From NCBI GenBank assembly GCA_904063045.1, contig CAJFCJ010000023.1, positions 248,001-312,000 of the forward strand: a DNA stretch of 64,000 nt. The letters are read 5' to 3'. Shown one piece after another: positions 23,801 to 36,100 of this stretch. The position numbers were made by a program, and so were the translations under genes. Under the pieces are notes generated by a model. It was not told the origin of the DNA, searched no databases, and saw only the letters and a list, made by a program, of their open reading frames with translations. The stretch's first letter is position 1; every line of letters starts with the position of its first letter. Origin of the DNA: Dimorphilus gyrociliatus. Its lineage: Eukaryota; Animalia; Annelida.

Positions 23801-26800
23801 AGCTGGAGGGAAGGAGGTAAAGGGGAGAAAGAGGACAGCATAAAGTAGCAGAGAAAGGAGAGCGTTAGTGAGCATAATAGGCCTATTGGGAATGTCCTGG
23901 TGTCGAAAGACGTGTGTAAATGAGAATTGTTAGCTGATATTCGATAGCGGTTAAGGTGTATTGATAAGGTTGAAGGAATAGGGTTTTGTTTAGATTGTTT
24001 TGTTTTTTTTCCCTTTATCTTGAATATCAAGGTCATTAAAATTGCGAATATTTATGCATACTGTATAAATCACTGTAAAATAACGTTCATAGCACATAGA
24101 GGAGATATTACAAATATGCCGTAGCTTTATATATTAATTATAAAAATGGTGAGTTTTAACTAGTTAATCACCATCAGTTGGTATTTATCTAATTATATAA
24201 ATGAAAATTGTCTATATTCTAGTTAATATGGGAGCACGAAGAGTCTTAATTAGGCTTTGAAAGTAAAAATATTTACTATTTCAACAAAGTTTACTTTTGA
24301 TGATTGTTGATATAAAAGCATCTCTTTTCGCTCTGTCTGTTCGTTTCTGTCTGCATGTCTCTTTCTATCTGCCTCTGATTTTGTGTCTCTGCTCCCTCCC
24401 ACTTTTTATTTCACGCGGTCTTTTCTATCTTTGTCTCTGTCTGTCTCTCTGTCTCTCTCCGTTGTTACCCTCTCCCCACTCTTCTTCACCTTATAGCTGC
24501 CTACTTTTGCACTCAAACTCTCTATTCATTCGAGTAAAAACATCTGTTTAAGTTTCATTATGTTCCAATTTAGGTGTTTAGATTTTTTTGTAGTTTTCTC
24601 ACTTTTATTATTGATTTTTCAAACCTTTTGAATAATACATTGAATAAAATGGCGAATTAGAGTTTATAGTATTTCTTATTTGTAGCTCTTTTTCTATGGT
24701 TTTTGTTTTGGTTTTGACTATTTTAAATATAAAATTTCAAAGGGAAATTTTTTACATTTCTACTTTTTGTCTCTTAATCTTTTTTTTTTTAGTTGAAAAA
24801 AAACACGAAATCCTATACAGATTATACAAATAAAAAAGTTATCAGGTTCATAGGTTACGGGTATAAACTATTGCCACACATTTTAGGCCTAGAAATAAGT
24901 CGTGCAGAAAGGTGTGAAACTGACAGATACGACTTGACACGAACCACTCAACAAACGCCCTCGGCCGTCAAACAAGGCCCAAGACGGCGTCTAATTGGAA
25001 GCGTCCCCGGCAGCCAACCTCGATAATTTGTGGAGTGACGCCTTGCGAATGATGTCCCCCGATATACATGTACTCAATTACTCATCACTTAAAAATTCAA
25101 GAATCTCGTACTTTCTAACATACTTTCGGTGAAGGAACCTTTTGTAAAAAAACGAAAACTGATCTATAATACCTAAAGCCGATTAAGTTAACGCCCTAAT
25201 CCTCTACGATTAACGCCTCCGAAAAAGAATTTTTGTACAACAAAAAAATTTTCTTTTCTTCATTCCACCTTATTTACAACTTCTATAAATAGATATATCT
25301 ATATAGAACCAGAGAGGATAAATTCATATATCTAAACATCAAATATTGTGTATATTTATATAAACTACACCTATATGTAAATATACATGTATTGCATGTA
25401 GGAAGAAGATATATGCAAGTTGTATATACATGTATACGCTGTATGTATAATAGTTCAATTACAACTTAAAGATTTCTCCTATTAATCTATCAATAATACT
25501 TAGCGCTATATGATTCATTATCAATTTATTAATGTTCATACCTATTCCAATATTTTATTTTTATTTCTCAACAGGAAATCGTCCGCTAAACTGACAGATG
25601 AAATATTCAATATGAACGTCTTTTAAAGGCTATTGAGTACATTGTGGTAGTTTTACTGCATATTGTCCTTGTTCTACTCTTCTTCTCCTCTTATTTTTTA
25701 TTTATTCTTCAAGTAGTAAAAACGTTTATTATTGCTGAGAAGATTGAATTAAAAACTGGTTAGTTTTTAAGAGATTTTGGATAAATTATTGAAGGGAATG
25801 GGAGAAAAATAGCATTAGTGCCCATTTTAAGACATTCCCCTCTGATAGTTCAGGTCTAATATGTATTTTAATAAAGCTCTTAAGAAGGTTTAAGAGATTT
25901 CTCCCTTTTAATTTCTTAATTCCCTTTTCGTTCATCTTGCAGTAGGTAGTACAGAGCAAATTTATTGTATTGATTTTAAACAATTTAATTAAACAAGGAA
26001 ACTGAAAACTTGCACAAATAATCAATAATGCTAAAAGGCGATTAGATTGCAGAATCTAAGCTAGCCCGATTAACACCTCGCCAGTCACCGTCGTCTCTTT
26101 AAAAAGTCATCCGATTCCAGAGCTCATTGCTCTCATCACGAATTCCCAATCTATTTTGTATACTATTTACGTATTGCATACAAATTTTACAATTGCTACA
26201 AGTCTTTCATCATTCTTTCGTCTTCTACCTTATCTGCTAAACAGTATCTAGTACTATCACGAACAACTACTATTGCTGTTGGTACAACTACATCATTGAT
26301 TATAGTAGAAAATGATTATTTTTTTATTAACGAAACATTGTTTTTGCCCAATCTAACTGCTAAAACTAACTGATAATTACTTTTCCACTTTTATCTAACA
26401 GCATCAATGGTTTATTTACAAAACAGAGTCTAAATCCGTAGTAGTGTTTTTGTTTTATTTCTTTTGTTCCAATGAGACGCTACAGCGTCTCCTCTTCCCT
26501 ATGTTCGTTCTGTCTTAGAGACGATAAGAAAATCTAATTTATGAATATTAAACCAATAAATCCGTTGTTTTTACGAGCAAGCACCTGTCCCGTTTTGACA
26601 ATAGGGTTACTTAAAGGAAAATCCCTATGAAAGAACATTTCTTGTTTGACAAGGGATTTTCCAGAGGGACAGCAATCTGTAATGGAAAAATGCAGTTGCT
26701 GGGGCGAGAGTGTTCAATAACTAAAAACCGTACTTGACCTACTTTCCTTTGTTCGTCGGTGATTCGTTTATAAACTTTTGTTTTATGAACTTAATTAGCA

Positions 26801-28291
26801 GTCAATTTTAGTCACGTGACACGTGCATGAATTTTTTAGTCAGATGTTCTGTGATTGCGGAACATAACATTTGCGTTCTGTAGAATTAATCCTACATTAG
26901 GTAATTAATGTCATTACGTCTATAAAAATACATTAGAATAATACCTTGTCGAATCGTTTTAATCCTAGTATCACGCAGGGTGTAACCTTATCATTAAATT
27001 TACAACTTTTCGTCTTAAAACATAGAATTAAATTAGCAGGATTTCTTATTGTTTATTATCAGAAAAGAAAAAATAATTAGATTGATTAGTTTCTTTAAAA
27101 GCTATAAAGCAAAGAAAAAAGGAAGAGTAAGATGCTAAATATAGTCAAATGGACAAACACTTTGCACGCGTACATTCGCGTAAAGTAAGCAAACGATATT
27201 TTCCTTCTTTTATTTCAATATATCCTATTGAATTTTTTATTAAAAGGCAAAAAATTGAATTTGCTTTTAGAGAGATATAGTTTACTATCAGTCGTTCATT
27301 CATTTATTCTCTCTATCTATTGATATATTTCTCTTCTTGTTTCTTATCCTTCTCTCCGTCTCTCTCTTTTGTTTTTATAGGAATGAATAAATAATTAAAT
27401 AGAAACAATTTATAAGAGTCAAGAGAAACCTAAACAAACATATATAATAAGGTCAAGTGTACTAATAAAGACCGGTAATTGACGCGCTTGATGGCTAAGT
27501 GATTTACATGAAATTGAAGATGATTAACGATTAAAAAAAAGTCCTAAAACAAGAACCATAGTGGATTTTTATTAATTTCTGACCTAATTAAATATCCAGC
27601 CTCTTTTCTAATTGGTATAAAAAAAGAAACTGTTGCGAAAAGCTAACAATTTCTACTCGTTAAAATCGGCCCCGAGCAAATATATCTTCCATAAAGTACA
27701 CCTTTTAATCATTATATGTGTTCTACTTATGGTAGAGTATAGTTTTGCTATTCCGATTAGGTATATATAATTACTGGCAGTAAATAGAACTGTAAATACC
27801 AGTTTAGTCACATGATCTATTTGAACACCGCAATGTAAATTAACATTATGAAGATAATGGGTATCAGATAACACCGATTTTGCTTTAAAAAAAATGTATT
27901 GAATTTTATTTTTGGTTAGTGAGATATTTTTTTATAGAGGGGTTATCTATCGGCTTTGGGAAAAAGCGTGTGAAAGCCGTTGAAATCGTTTACAATGATA
28001 TTTCTTAGTTAATTATAAGCTTAGAAGTGTTGTAAACAACTGTAAATAATATAAGATCTCCTTACTATTCAATATATTCCGTTCAATTGATTTCAAACAA
28101 CAAAAAAAATGGATAAAATCCGATTTTTGTACACTTAACAAAAAATTTTCCTACGATAAAGATAAACGGCAATAGGACGAAGAGAACAATACACGGTATA
28201 TAGGAGTAGAATAAAATACTAAAAACTTACGTTGCTCGGCTGATAGAACAACTAATGCAGCAAATCTCAAAAGAGACAATAAGTAAACCAT
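8820..28291 (-). CDS. Secreted/GPI-type cell-surface protein with repeated C.(F/L)P...G.W / C.G.W modules (LP06548p-like family); ~628 aa, 13 exons
   Basis: Phase-consistent exons on the minus strand: 28291-28231 (signal peptide MVYLLSLLRFAALVVLSAEQ|gtaagt), 15933-15753 (ECSLPQNIRGSWY), 14614-14454, 14091-13992 and 13758-13643 (both tentative), 12928-12773 (TLCPFSENYLL), 12665-12553 (LECKGWW...EYKCF), 12332-11995 (CRFPQWF...KWFDMTG), 11171-11032 (CIKVIRRNDNMIELLIG), 10012-9878, 9801-9704 (LECYASWHHGG), 9239-9128 and 8995-8820 (hydrophobic tail AFTCLLPIAIYWFSSN*). Exon sum is 1887 nt = 629 codons. Confidence 0.82.
13873..13889 (-). promoter_or_regulatory. Perfect DR5 nuclear-receptor response element (AGGTCA-n5-AGGTCA) in an intron
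   Basis: Plus strand reads TGACCT-tatct-TGACCT. Sequence match only; function untested. Confidence 0.3.
24897..25060 (+). ncRNA. Candidate Sm-class structured small RNA (unassigned)
   Basis: GC-richer island with stems aagtcgt/acgactt (24897-24935) and gccgtc/gacggc (24964-24988), a weak ttgg/ccaa stem, and ATAATTTGTGG (U1-type Sm site, 25023-25033). It lacks the U1 5' ACUUACCUG. Confidence 0.2.
28231..28291 (-). CDS. First coding exon (signal peptide) of the LP06548p-like gene
   Basis: ATG at 28291, MVYLLSLLRFAALVVLSAEQ+c, strong GTAAGT donor at 28230. Phase 1 matches the phase-1 acceptor at 15934. It lies just downstream of a promoter-like motif cluster. Confidence 0.7.
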
Positions 28292-28379
28292 ATCAACTGA
28301 GTCTTCTGCATAAAACCGGAATAATTTTCAAATTCTTTTTAACTTAAACTAAATTGAGAAGAGTTTTTCCTAGACACGT

Positions 28380-28460
28380 TTACCGACAGCTGTCGTTAGC
28401 ACGACTGCCGCCGTTTTTCGTTTAGCGCATGCGCAGATTTTCGGGCAATCACGTGGCTCC
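28380..28460. promoter_or_regulatory. Core/proximal promoter (possibly bidirectional) of the LP06548p-like gene
   Basis: CpG-rich patch ~90-160 bp upstream of the ATG at 28291. It contains palindrome CGACAGCTGTCG (28384-28395), NRF1-type GCGCATGCGC (28425-28434) and E-box CACGTG (28450-28455). Confidence 0.6.
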
Positions 28461-30644
28461 TCTCTAATTAATGTAGTTTGAGAGGGATTCTCGAAATGAT
28501 GCGAGGATAAGTGGTGACTTGAAAAAAATCTTAAAAGCCCTGAAATGACTTCCTCTATAGGATTCGCAAATCTAAATCTCATTTGGGGAAAAATTGTCAA
28601 TTTTAACGGTTTTTTCTAGTGAAAATCAGCGTCTAATGAAAAAAACTATATTCTTCTTAAGGACTTTACCACCAACTATTTTTGTAGACGCTTAAATTAA
28701 GTTCCGTTAACGAGGTAAATCATAGATTCATTAACTAGACGATGCTTATGAAATTAAGGTGCAGAAAGCTTCGGATATAAACTCCAAGTTAGAGAGAGTA
28801 AACAATCCATGTTCTAAGGTAGCTATATCTATATATTTCCGTGAAAATGAGGAGGATGGAGCGAATACGATGACGGATAAATCATTCTTTCCAAGTCAAT
28901 TTGTTTGAATAGCAAAAAAAGAGTCGGTTGAACAAGAGTGTCGTACAAATAAAATAGTTGCTGAGATATTTAAAAGATAAACATTCTAGTAAAAGGGAAA
29001 TGCCCTTCCCCTTTCTGTCGATAGTTTACCCCCCGATTTTTTCTCACCCTTTTTCTCTATCTCTCTTTTCACACTTCTTATTCATTCTACCATCATTGTT
29101 TACCAATTTCACAGTCACCCTCCTAATTTATATTCGCGGAGATTGCGTAAGTCCAATTAGCCTCAATCATCTGGAATTAGAATTTCCCTTTCTTATTTGG
29201 TTATTAATAAGCGTTTATATAATTTTTTATCTATAAAATAAGCGTTCCTATTAAAAAATAATTTGATCAGGCCCATCTAATCTATTATATGTGTAGAGCA
29301 AATATGGTTTATTTACATAGTCATTCGACTGACGCTCAATTAAAATTACAATCGTTTTTCTTTCAAATATTTTGACCACAACTCATCTTTAACAATAGAA
29401 CGCTAAGAAAGTATCATAGTATATTATTAAGAATTCTTCTTGAGCGGCGTCTAATGTTAATATCAGCTTAAGGAATCACTTTATACAAAAAAAATTCCTT
29501 TTGAAGGAACAATTTAGATAACGAGCTCATTTTCTCGAATTTTGCTTATCATGCAGATAAATCGATCCTTCGTTAGCGACGGCTTGAGCCAGAAGCGTCA
29601 CTCAACTGCGAAAATTCGGTTTATAATGGCACACTACACAGTTCTATATCGACTTTATTTTCATTTCATATCATTCTATTTATTTTGTTTTAATGTTGGA
29701 TATTCGCAGGTATACTAAAATATTCCCTCTTTTTCATCTAAATTCACTTAAATAGCTGCACAAATATTTCATATTTCTATTACAAATACACTCATTAAAA
29801 ATGAAAAAGTGGAAAAGAGATACGACGCATCCAAATTGTTGCAATACAATGATAAAGGTAAAATGTAAATAGACTAAACGGGTTAAAGAGAAAGAGATAA
29901 GTAATAACCCAGCGTCTCATCTTGAGCTAGGAGCGTCACTAGACTGTAAAATCTTTGATAAGCTTGATGATAAGGGTATCTCTCCCCCTTGCCTCTTTCC
30001 AAATCCGGAATATCCTCTATACACAGACAGCGGCTATGATTTTCTTTATTGGAAATGCGCGTAGACGTCTATGTGCAGCTGCAGCTAATATTAGAGAGCC
30101 GTACGAATAATGTATATTTGCAAAGTATAATGCTGCATAGAAACGTCCATATATGCTATAAGCACCGCAATATAATAATACTCGCGATTGTACTCTATAC
30201 AATATCATTCAAAATATATTGCAGAACAGGTAAAAAAAGTGACGCCCATTGACACCCGCGGCGCTTTAACGGGGCTCGTATAAATGTCAATAGACAATAG
30301 CGGTGAAACAAATGAACGAATCCTATCGATACTTCTATGTAGCTTCCGCTGTTGCCATAAGAATTGAACAAACCTAATTATACGGGGAACTGATTACGCA
30401 ATCGTCCTTTTGCTGACTCGTTAATAATTCTTTTTTATAAGTAAGACGAATTGCGAGTCACGTCCTCGCATTAGACGCTATCCGAAGCGTCTAAAGCTGA
30501 AACTATTTGGGGTGCGTTTGGACGGACAACTAAAAACTCTCAAAGATGAATTGTACCCGGAAGAGAAGATTTATTTCGATTTCGTAAACAAGTTTTCCAA
30601 AGGGACAGAAGGAAATATCTTTTTAGGCCCAAAAAAAGAGAAAG

Positions 30645-30678
30645 GGAGGGAGGGAGAGAGAGAGAGAGAGAGAGAGAA
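30645..30678. repeat. (GA)n microsatellite; similar GA/CT tracts at ~42558-42620, 45822-45841, 47236-47305, 54188-54222 and 56578-56610, and (CA)n at 52932-52949
   Basis: Direct reading of the dinucleotide runs. Confidence 0.9.
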
Positions 30679-33110
30679 GTATTATTGTACAACGGAAAAA
30701 TGAGCGAATAAATATTTGTTGACATGTTCCCGCAACGTCAAACACACGTATAAGACATTATATACATAAACTCAAAAAATAGAAAAGTTTTAAAGTAATC
30801 AACTGGAATTGTTTACACCTTTTTATATTTCATTCATCTTGACTTTTCTTCCGTATATAAATAATTGCCTTATAAGTTATTAATAATAGTATTTGCTTGT
30901 TGTTGTTGTTTTAAAGCTTATTTCATTAACTTTTCTCAACTTTATTACATTCATTTTTCATTTACAACTACGAAAAATGGCAATGCTAACATTAATAACT
31001 TATATAGATGTACAGAATATATTAGTATATATACACATACGTTTACAAACACACCCACAGTTTTATAACTCTATGCAATAGTATTAAAAACTCTTTTTTT
31101 TATTACTACACGTGTTACTCTTTAATTATAGAAAATGACAAAAATGACTCTAAATTGAGTTTTATTGTTTACTTGACTGATGAGATGAAAAAGATAAAAA
31201 ATAAAGTAAGGTTAATCGACTCAAAATTTTTTGACTTATTTTAATACACCACGTGACTTTTCTTTATCCGTCATTATAGAGAATTAACGTCAACTAGGGC
31301 AAAACGATGTGGGAAAGCATCAGTAACATTTTACGTCACACTGGGAAGATAAAGGAAAATTGAAGATTTTCTTTACTGTTCAATTACTCTCTTATATAAT
31401 TTTATTTTCAATTTTTTTGTTACTGCCATCTGCCGAAAAGATTTGACTAGTTAATTTATGTAACTAGTTCGCTCTATCAATCCACCTTGAGAAAGTCAAC
31501 CCGATTGGGATAAATAAAAAATAAACAAAGCATACAACAAGGCTATACGGTATAGAAACATATATTGAAGTTTTCTTAAAACAATTGGACGACAGAAGGC
31601 GCTAGAGTAAAATTTAGAGGATATTTCTTTATACATAATTTTCTTTTCATTACCTTCTTTTTCATCTCAATTAATGAATTGATTGAGTTTGACCTAAATA
31701 TATACTTTTTAACACTTGATAATAAAAGAATAGAATAGGATGAATAACTTTTGAGATAAATATTAATGAACGAATTTGAACAAATGAAATTTATTAGATA
31801 TTAAATAATTGAATGGCAAAAAAAAACTAATAAAAGGAGTGAAAGAAGGAATAAATGAAGGAAAAAAGAAAAAGAAAATGATCGTAAGGGGTATGGGACG
31901 AATAGATGGAGGAAACTGTTCGATTATTCTTGGGAGATAGCACTTAAATGTGTTGTATATAAAACTATTCGCCCATTTTTTTGTAACGCTAAACACCCCA
32001 ATGGAAATAAAGATGCTTATTGTTACCAAGAGTAGGCCAACACTATAGAAAAAATAGACGGCTAATAATCCGATGCAATGATGCAGAAATACGGCTCAGT
32101 AGGCCTATGTAACTAATACATCCACTCGTATTGCCTCGTTTCCGGTAGTCTAAAAGCCAATGTAAAAATATGTATAAATAAAAAAGGAAAGCAACTTATT
32201 GTTAGTAGCCTGGGAAACGGGACGTCCAAAAAGGAAGGGATGTCTCCCCAGGCTCGTTCATTATGCTCTGCTAGGCGTCGAAAAAGAGACGCTGGTAATC
32301 GGGCGCACTTTTCTTTGTGAGTAAACTCAGTCATCGTTACACATGCGGCTAATGCGATTGTATCCTGTTTTTTAACTTGTTTCCTAGCAATAATCAACAG
32401 TAAAACAGTATAAAAGTATTTTTCAACCCTTTTTATTGTGTCACCATGCTTTAATAATTACGTAAGGAGGTTATCCTCAAAATTATCCTCTTTATGAAAA
32501 CGCCAGTTCCGCCATCTCGCGGACACGCTGATTTAACTTATATAGCGTTGTTTTTGACTTTTTCAACCCGAGGATAAATAAGCTAGGGAATTTCGTTATA
32601 CGAGTGAAAAGCTGCAAGCAGAATACAATTAGTCTGCATGTAAAAAGTATCGATATTGTAAATGAACTGTAATGCTCTTATTTTCTCCCAATACCGGTAC
32701 ACAGACTATGCGAATAGTACGGAAAATCTAAGTAACACTTTGAAGAGAGTCGTTCATGTGGAAAGCTGTTGTCGGAAAGATCTGAACAAGTTTTTAGGTA
32801 GACTAGGGAGAAGAAAAGAATCAACGAGTGTTATATATCTAATACAAAGTATATCTCTTTCTACTTCTAATGTAAATACTTAATTAAAATTAACTGTATA
32901 TTTTCATTTTTCATTATTTAAATTCATTAGACATATTAATTAAAGAATGAAGAGGTTTTCATTTTCTTTGGAACAAAACACTCTCTTTTGAACAGTTTAA
33001 ATAAACTTGAACACTGATTCAATTCATTCAAATGATAATACGTAAGTTTTGTTTCTTTAACAATATGTACAACCGATTGGATGAAACTGTATGCAGTAGA
33101 TATATTTTTG

Positions 33111-36100
33111 CTAACAAAGCTCATTTACTCTTAAGCTCTTATAATGATAAATATTACTCTTATTCCATACGTAGAAAGCTGCAACTCCTGCACTTGTTCT
33201 CTTTACTTCGTTCAACGAAATATTCTTTAAAACTTGTTCCGCTTTTGAAATAACATCTGCATTCACCTTTGGTATTTCTATACTTCGTATTTTACTAAAT
33301 AGACCATCGGAACTAACTACGGAAATGTACTTTTGGCAATTTGTCCATTCGCTAGTATTCGATTCGGGTATTCCTAAGATCAATAATGTCGATTTCATAA
33401 CTGCGTGTACAATTTCTGGAGGTTGTCTATATTTTCTAATTTCGCTTATACATCTCGGATCAATCTTTAATATTTTCAATTGAATTCTTTTTATCTTATC
33501 CATCGTTCGTAACATTTCCATTCCAATTGTTATTTCTTTACTTAGTTCTTTCATATATTCTTTACCAGAAGTCATTTTTATAAGTTCTTTTAATAAATCG
33601 TAATTCGTTTCGGCAATTGCCTTTAAAAGGTCTATATAATGCGAAGGAAGGAATAGTTAGTCTACCTTGTATAGATTGATAATCTACTTGATTTGTTCAT
33701 CTTACCTGATTTTAATTTGGCAACGTTTACAGAAGAATCTTTAGCAGTTGAAGGTCTACTTTTATCTGGTATATTTACAGTATTTTTATCGAATAATTGT
33801 CTCGAAACTGAGGATTTAGCGCTAGTTTCTCTTTGCGAAGTATCTCTAGCACTTTTAACTGATCGTGTTTTGGACGAAGGAAACTGTATAAATAAAGGAA
33901 CGAGGTTGTTTTACAAAAGATGAACTTAATTAATCCTTACAGGAGAAGCCGTTTGCAATCTATTTAAAGTAGATTTACTTTTGTCCGCGGTGTTTTTCCT
34001 ACAAGAATCCTTTAAATTCGGCTTCTTTTCAGTCGTTTTTTTTTCCACTAGACTTACCTAAAGAGAGTTTTTATTAATATGTTACTTCTCCTAAAAGAAT
34101 AAGTATGAACATCTTACTTTGTTATTTGTAAAACCAACTTTTTCACCTTCCCTAAACACACCGTCAACTTCATTCATTTCCATAAAATCTGTTACACCAA
34201 GGATTTCATCCATTTTACTTTCCCAATCTTCTTCCCTATTCCTCGGGCTATTCTTTTCGTTGTTGTCGTAATTATTTGATGATTCATCTTTTAGAGAAAA
34301 AGAGTAATAAATAAGTTATAAATCATAAATGTAAGATATGATATATATGAATTTATAAAAGAAGTAATTAATGTTTACCTTCTTTCTTTTTGACTTCTTT
34401 TTCGTCTAATACAAGAAAATAGCAAATGTAAACAGGTAACAGTTGACTTCCGTCAGGCACTTGATCGACAAAAACAGTCAATTTATAAATCCCAGGCGAT
34501 GGAAACTTGATAGAAATTGTTGAATAATCCATTTCGTTTTTGCAGTATGCACAATTATTAATAATATTTTCAGCGCCGTACAAATCCCAATGTAAAAGCT
34601 CTAAATTAAATTTACAAGCTTTTGACTTATAAATTTTAAATTGCGTTGATTTCTTATTAAGTTTTTGAAATGATTGAAAATCCGATTCAGTCCTTAATCC
34701 AAATTCAATAAATTTTTCCTGTATACCAATTTTCCTGTTAAATTCATGTGGAAATTTTATATTCCTTTTCGGTTTAGTTTTACAATTGATAATATATGAA
34801 CAAACTGGATCCATTTCCTTATCAATTTCATCTCTCTTCTTTGCGTAAATGTTTAGGGCGTATTCACCTTCTTGCGGAGCGAATACACGAATACTAGCTC
34901 TACCATTCTCGAAAGTAGACAATAGACTATTTTTTAGGTCTTCCAAACCAATTTGTTGGTTTTCCAATTTAGAAAATATATTGAATATTTTATCATCACC
35001 GTCGAAATTGATCTCGGCATATCCATCTTCATCTGTATCTATCATACCAATTGTTGGCGATATATTTGAGAAATTAAATTTTTCCATATCAGAATTTGGA
35101 CCCAATTCCGTTTTTGCAGTTATTGGGAATGAGTGAATGTTTACATCATCAGTCTTTCTTGTATAATGCAATTCATAGTCGCATGCACTTTTATAGACGC
35201 TCCGTTGTAGAATTTCATCTTTTTCGTTACGAAGGAATATAGCTAATTTATAAATACCACTCTTGGGAAGTCTCAATCGAATAACGACCCTAAATCTGAG
35301 CCTATCTTGGAATAGTGTTACATATGATTGTAGATCAACATTTGGTTCCGCTTTTATTGTAGAATTCTCCCCAGAATTGCTATCATTTAAAAGGCAAATT
35401 TGGTGTCTAAATGAGACTGGAATATCGCTATTTGTCCCTATAAATATCTCTAGTTTTGGATCAGATGTCTCGATAATTCGTTTTGGATGAGAGATAATTG
35501 TTAAGCCAGCGTCGAAGAAAGGTTGCCTAAGACAAACCATTTCCTCAAACTCGTTAAAAGTAACTTTCCTAGCTAAGAGTTGAAATTTTGGATTATCGGG
35601 TAAATGTGTGTAAATAAGCTCCTCCGGATTGGTAAGAAAGTAGTAATCATTGTAATTGTAATATGTTTTATATTCAGCTTTTTCATCAAATTTTTCTTCC
35701 ATCTCCTCCAATGTTCCATCATCATTTATAAGGCACCATGCTTTATCGTATTTAACTCCGTGAGAACAGGCAAATTGTGGATTGCACAGGTACCAATTAT
35801 CTTTGATGCGAACTACATTCCATCTACTTTTAATATATTTATCATCATTCTTTCTATTCGAATCCGTATCTGTTCTAATACGACCTTCGCAAATAAAACA
35901 CTTCAAATTAGCTAAGCTAGAGGAGAGAAAGGAAAAAACCATAAAAAGAGCAAAATAAGGAGCAATCTTAAATAATATAAGCGGCATTAAACTCACCTGC
36001 ATAATCTTTGGAAGACTGTACTATAATCTGTTTCTTCTCTATATAATTGATTGAGATAGTATGATACGGATTTCTCTATTTTATTATCTAACGATAATTC

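Noticed and set aside
24997-30280. RNase MRP-like words GGAAGCGTCCCCGG (~24998) and ACGGGGCTC (~30269)
   Set aside because: The two halves of the P4 pseudoknot are 5 kb apart; neither has its partner nearby.
34849-35915. Plus-strand ORFs 34849-35136, 35263-35490 and 35604-35915
   Set aside because: Antisense shadows of the large hillarin-like exon.
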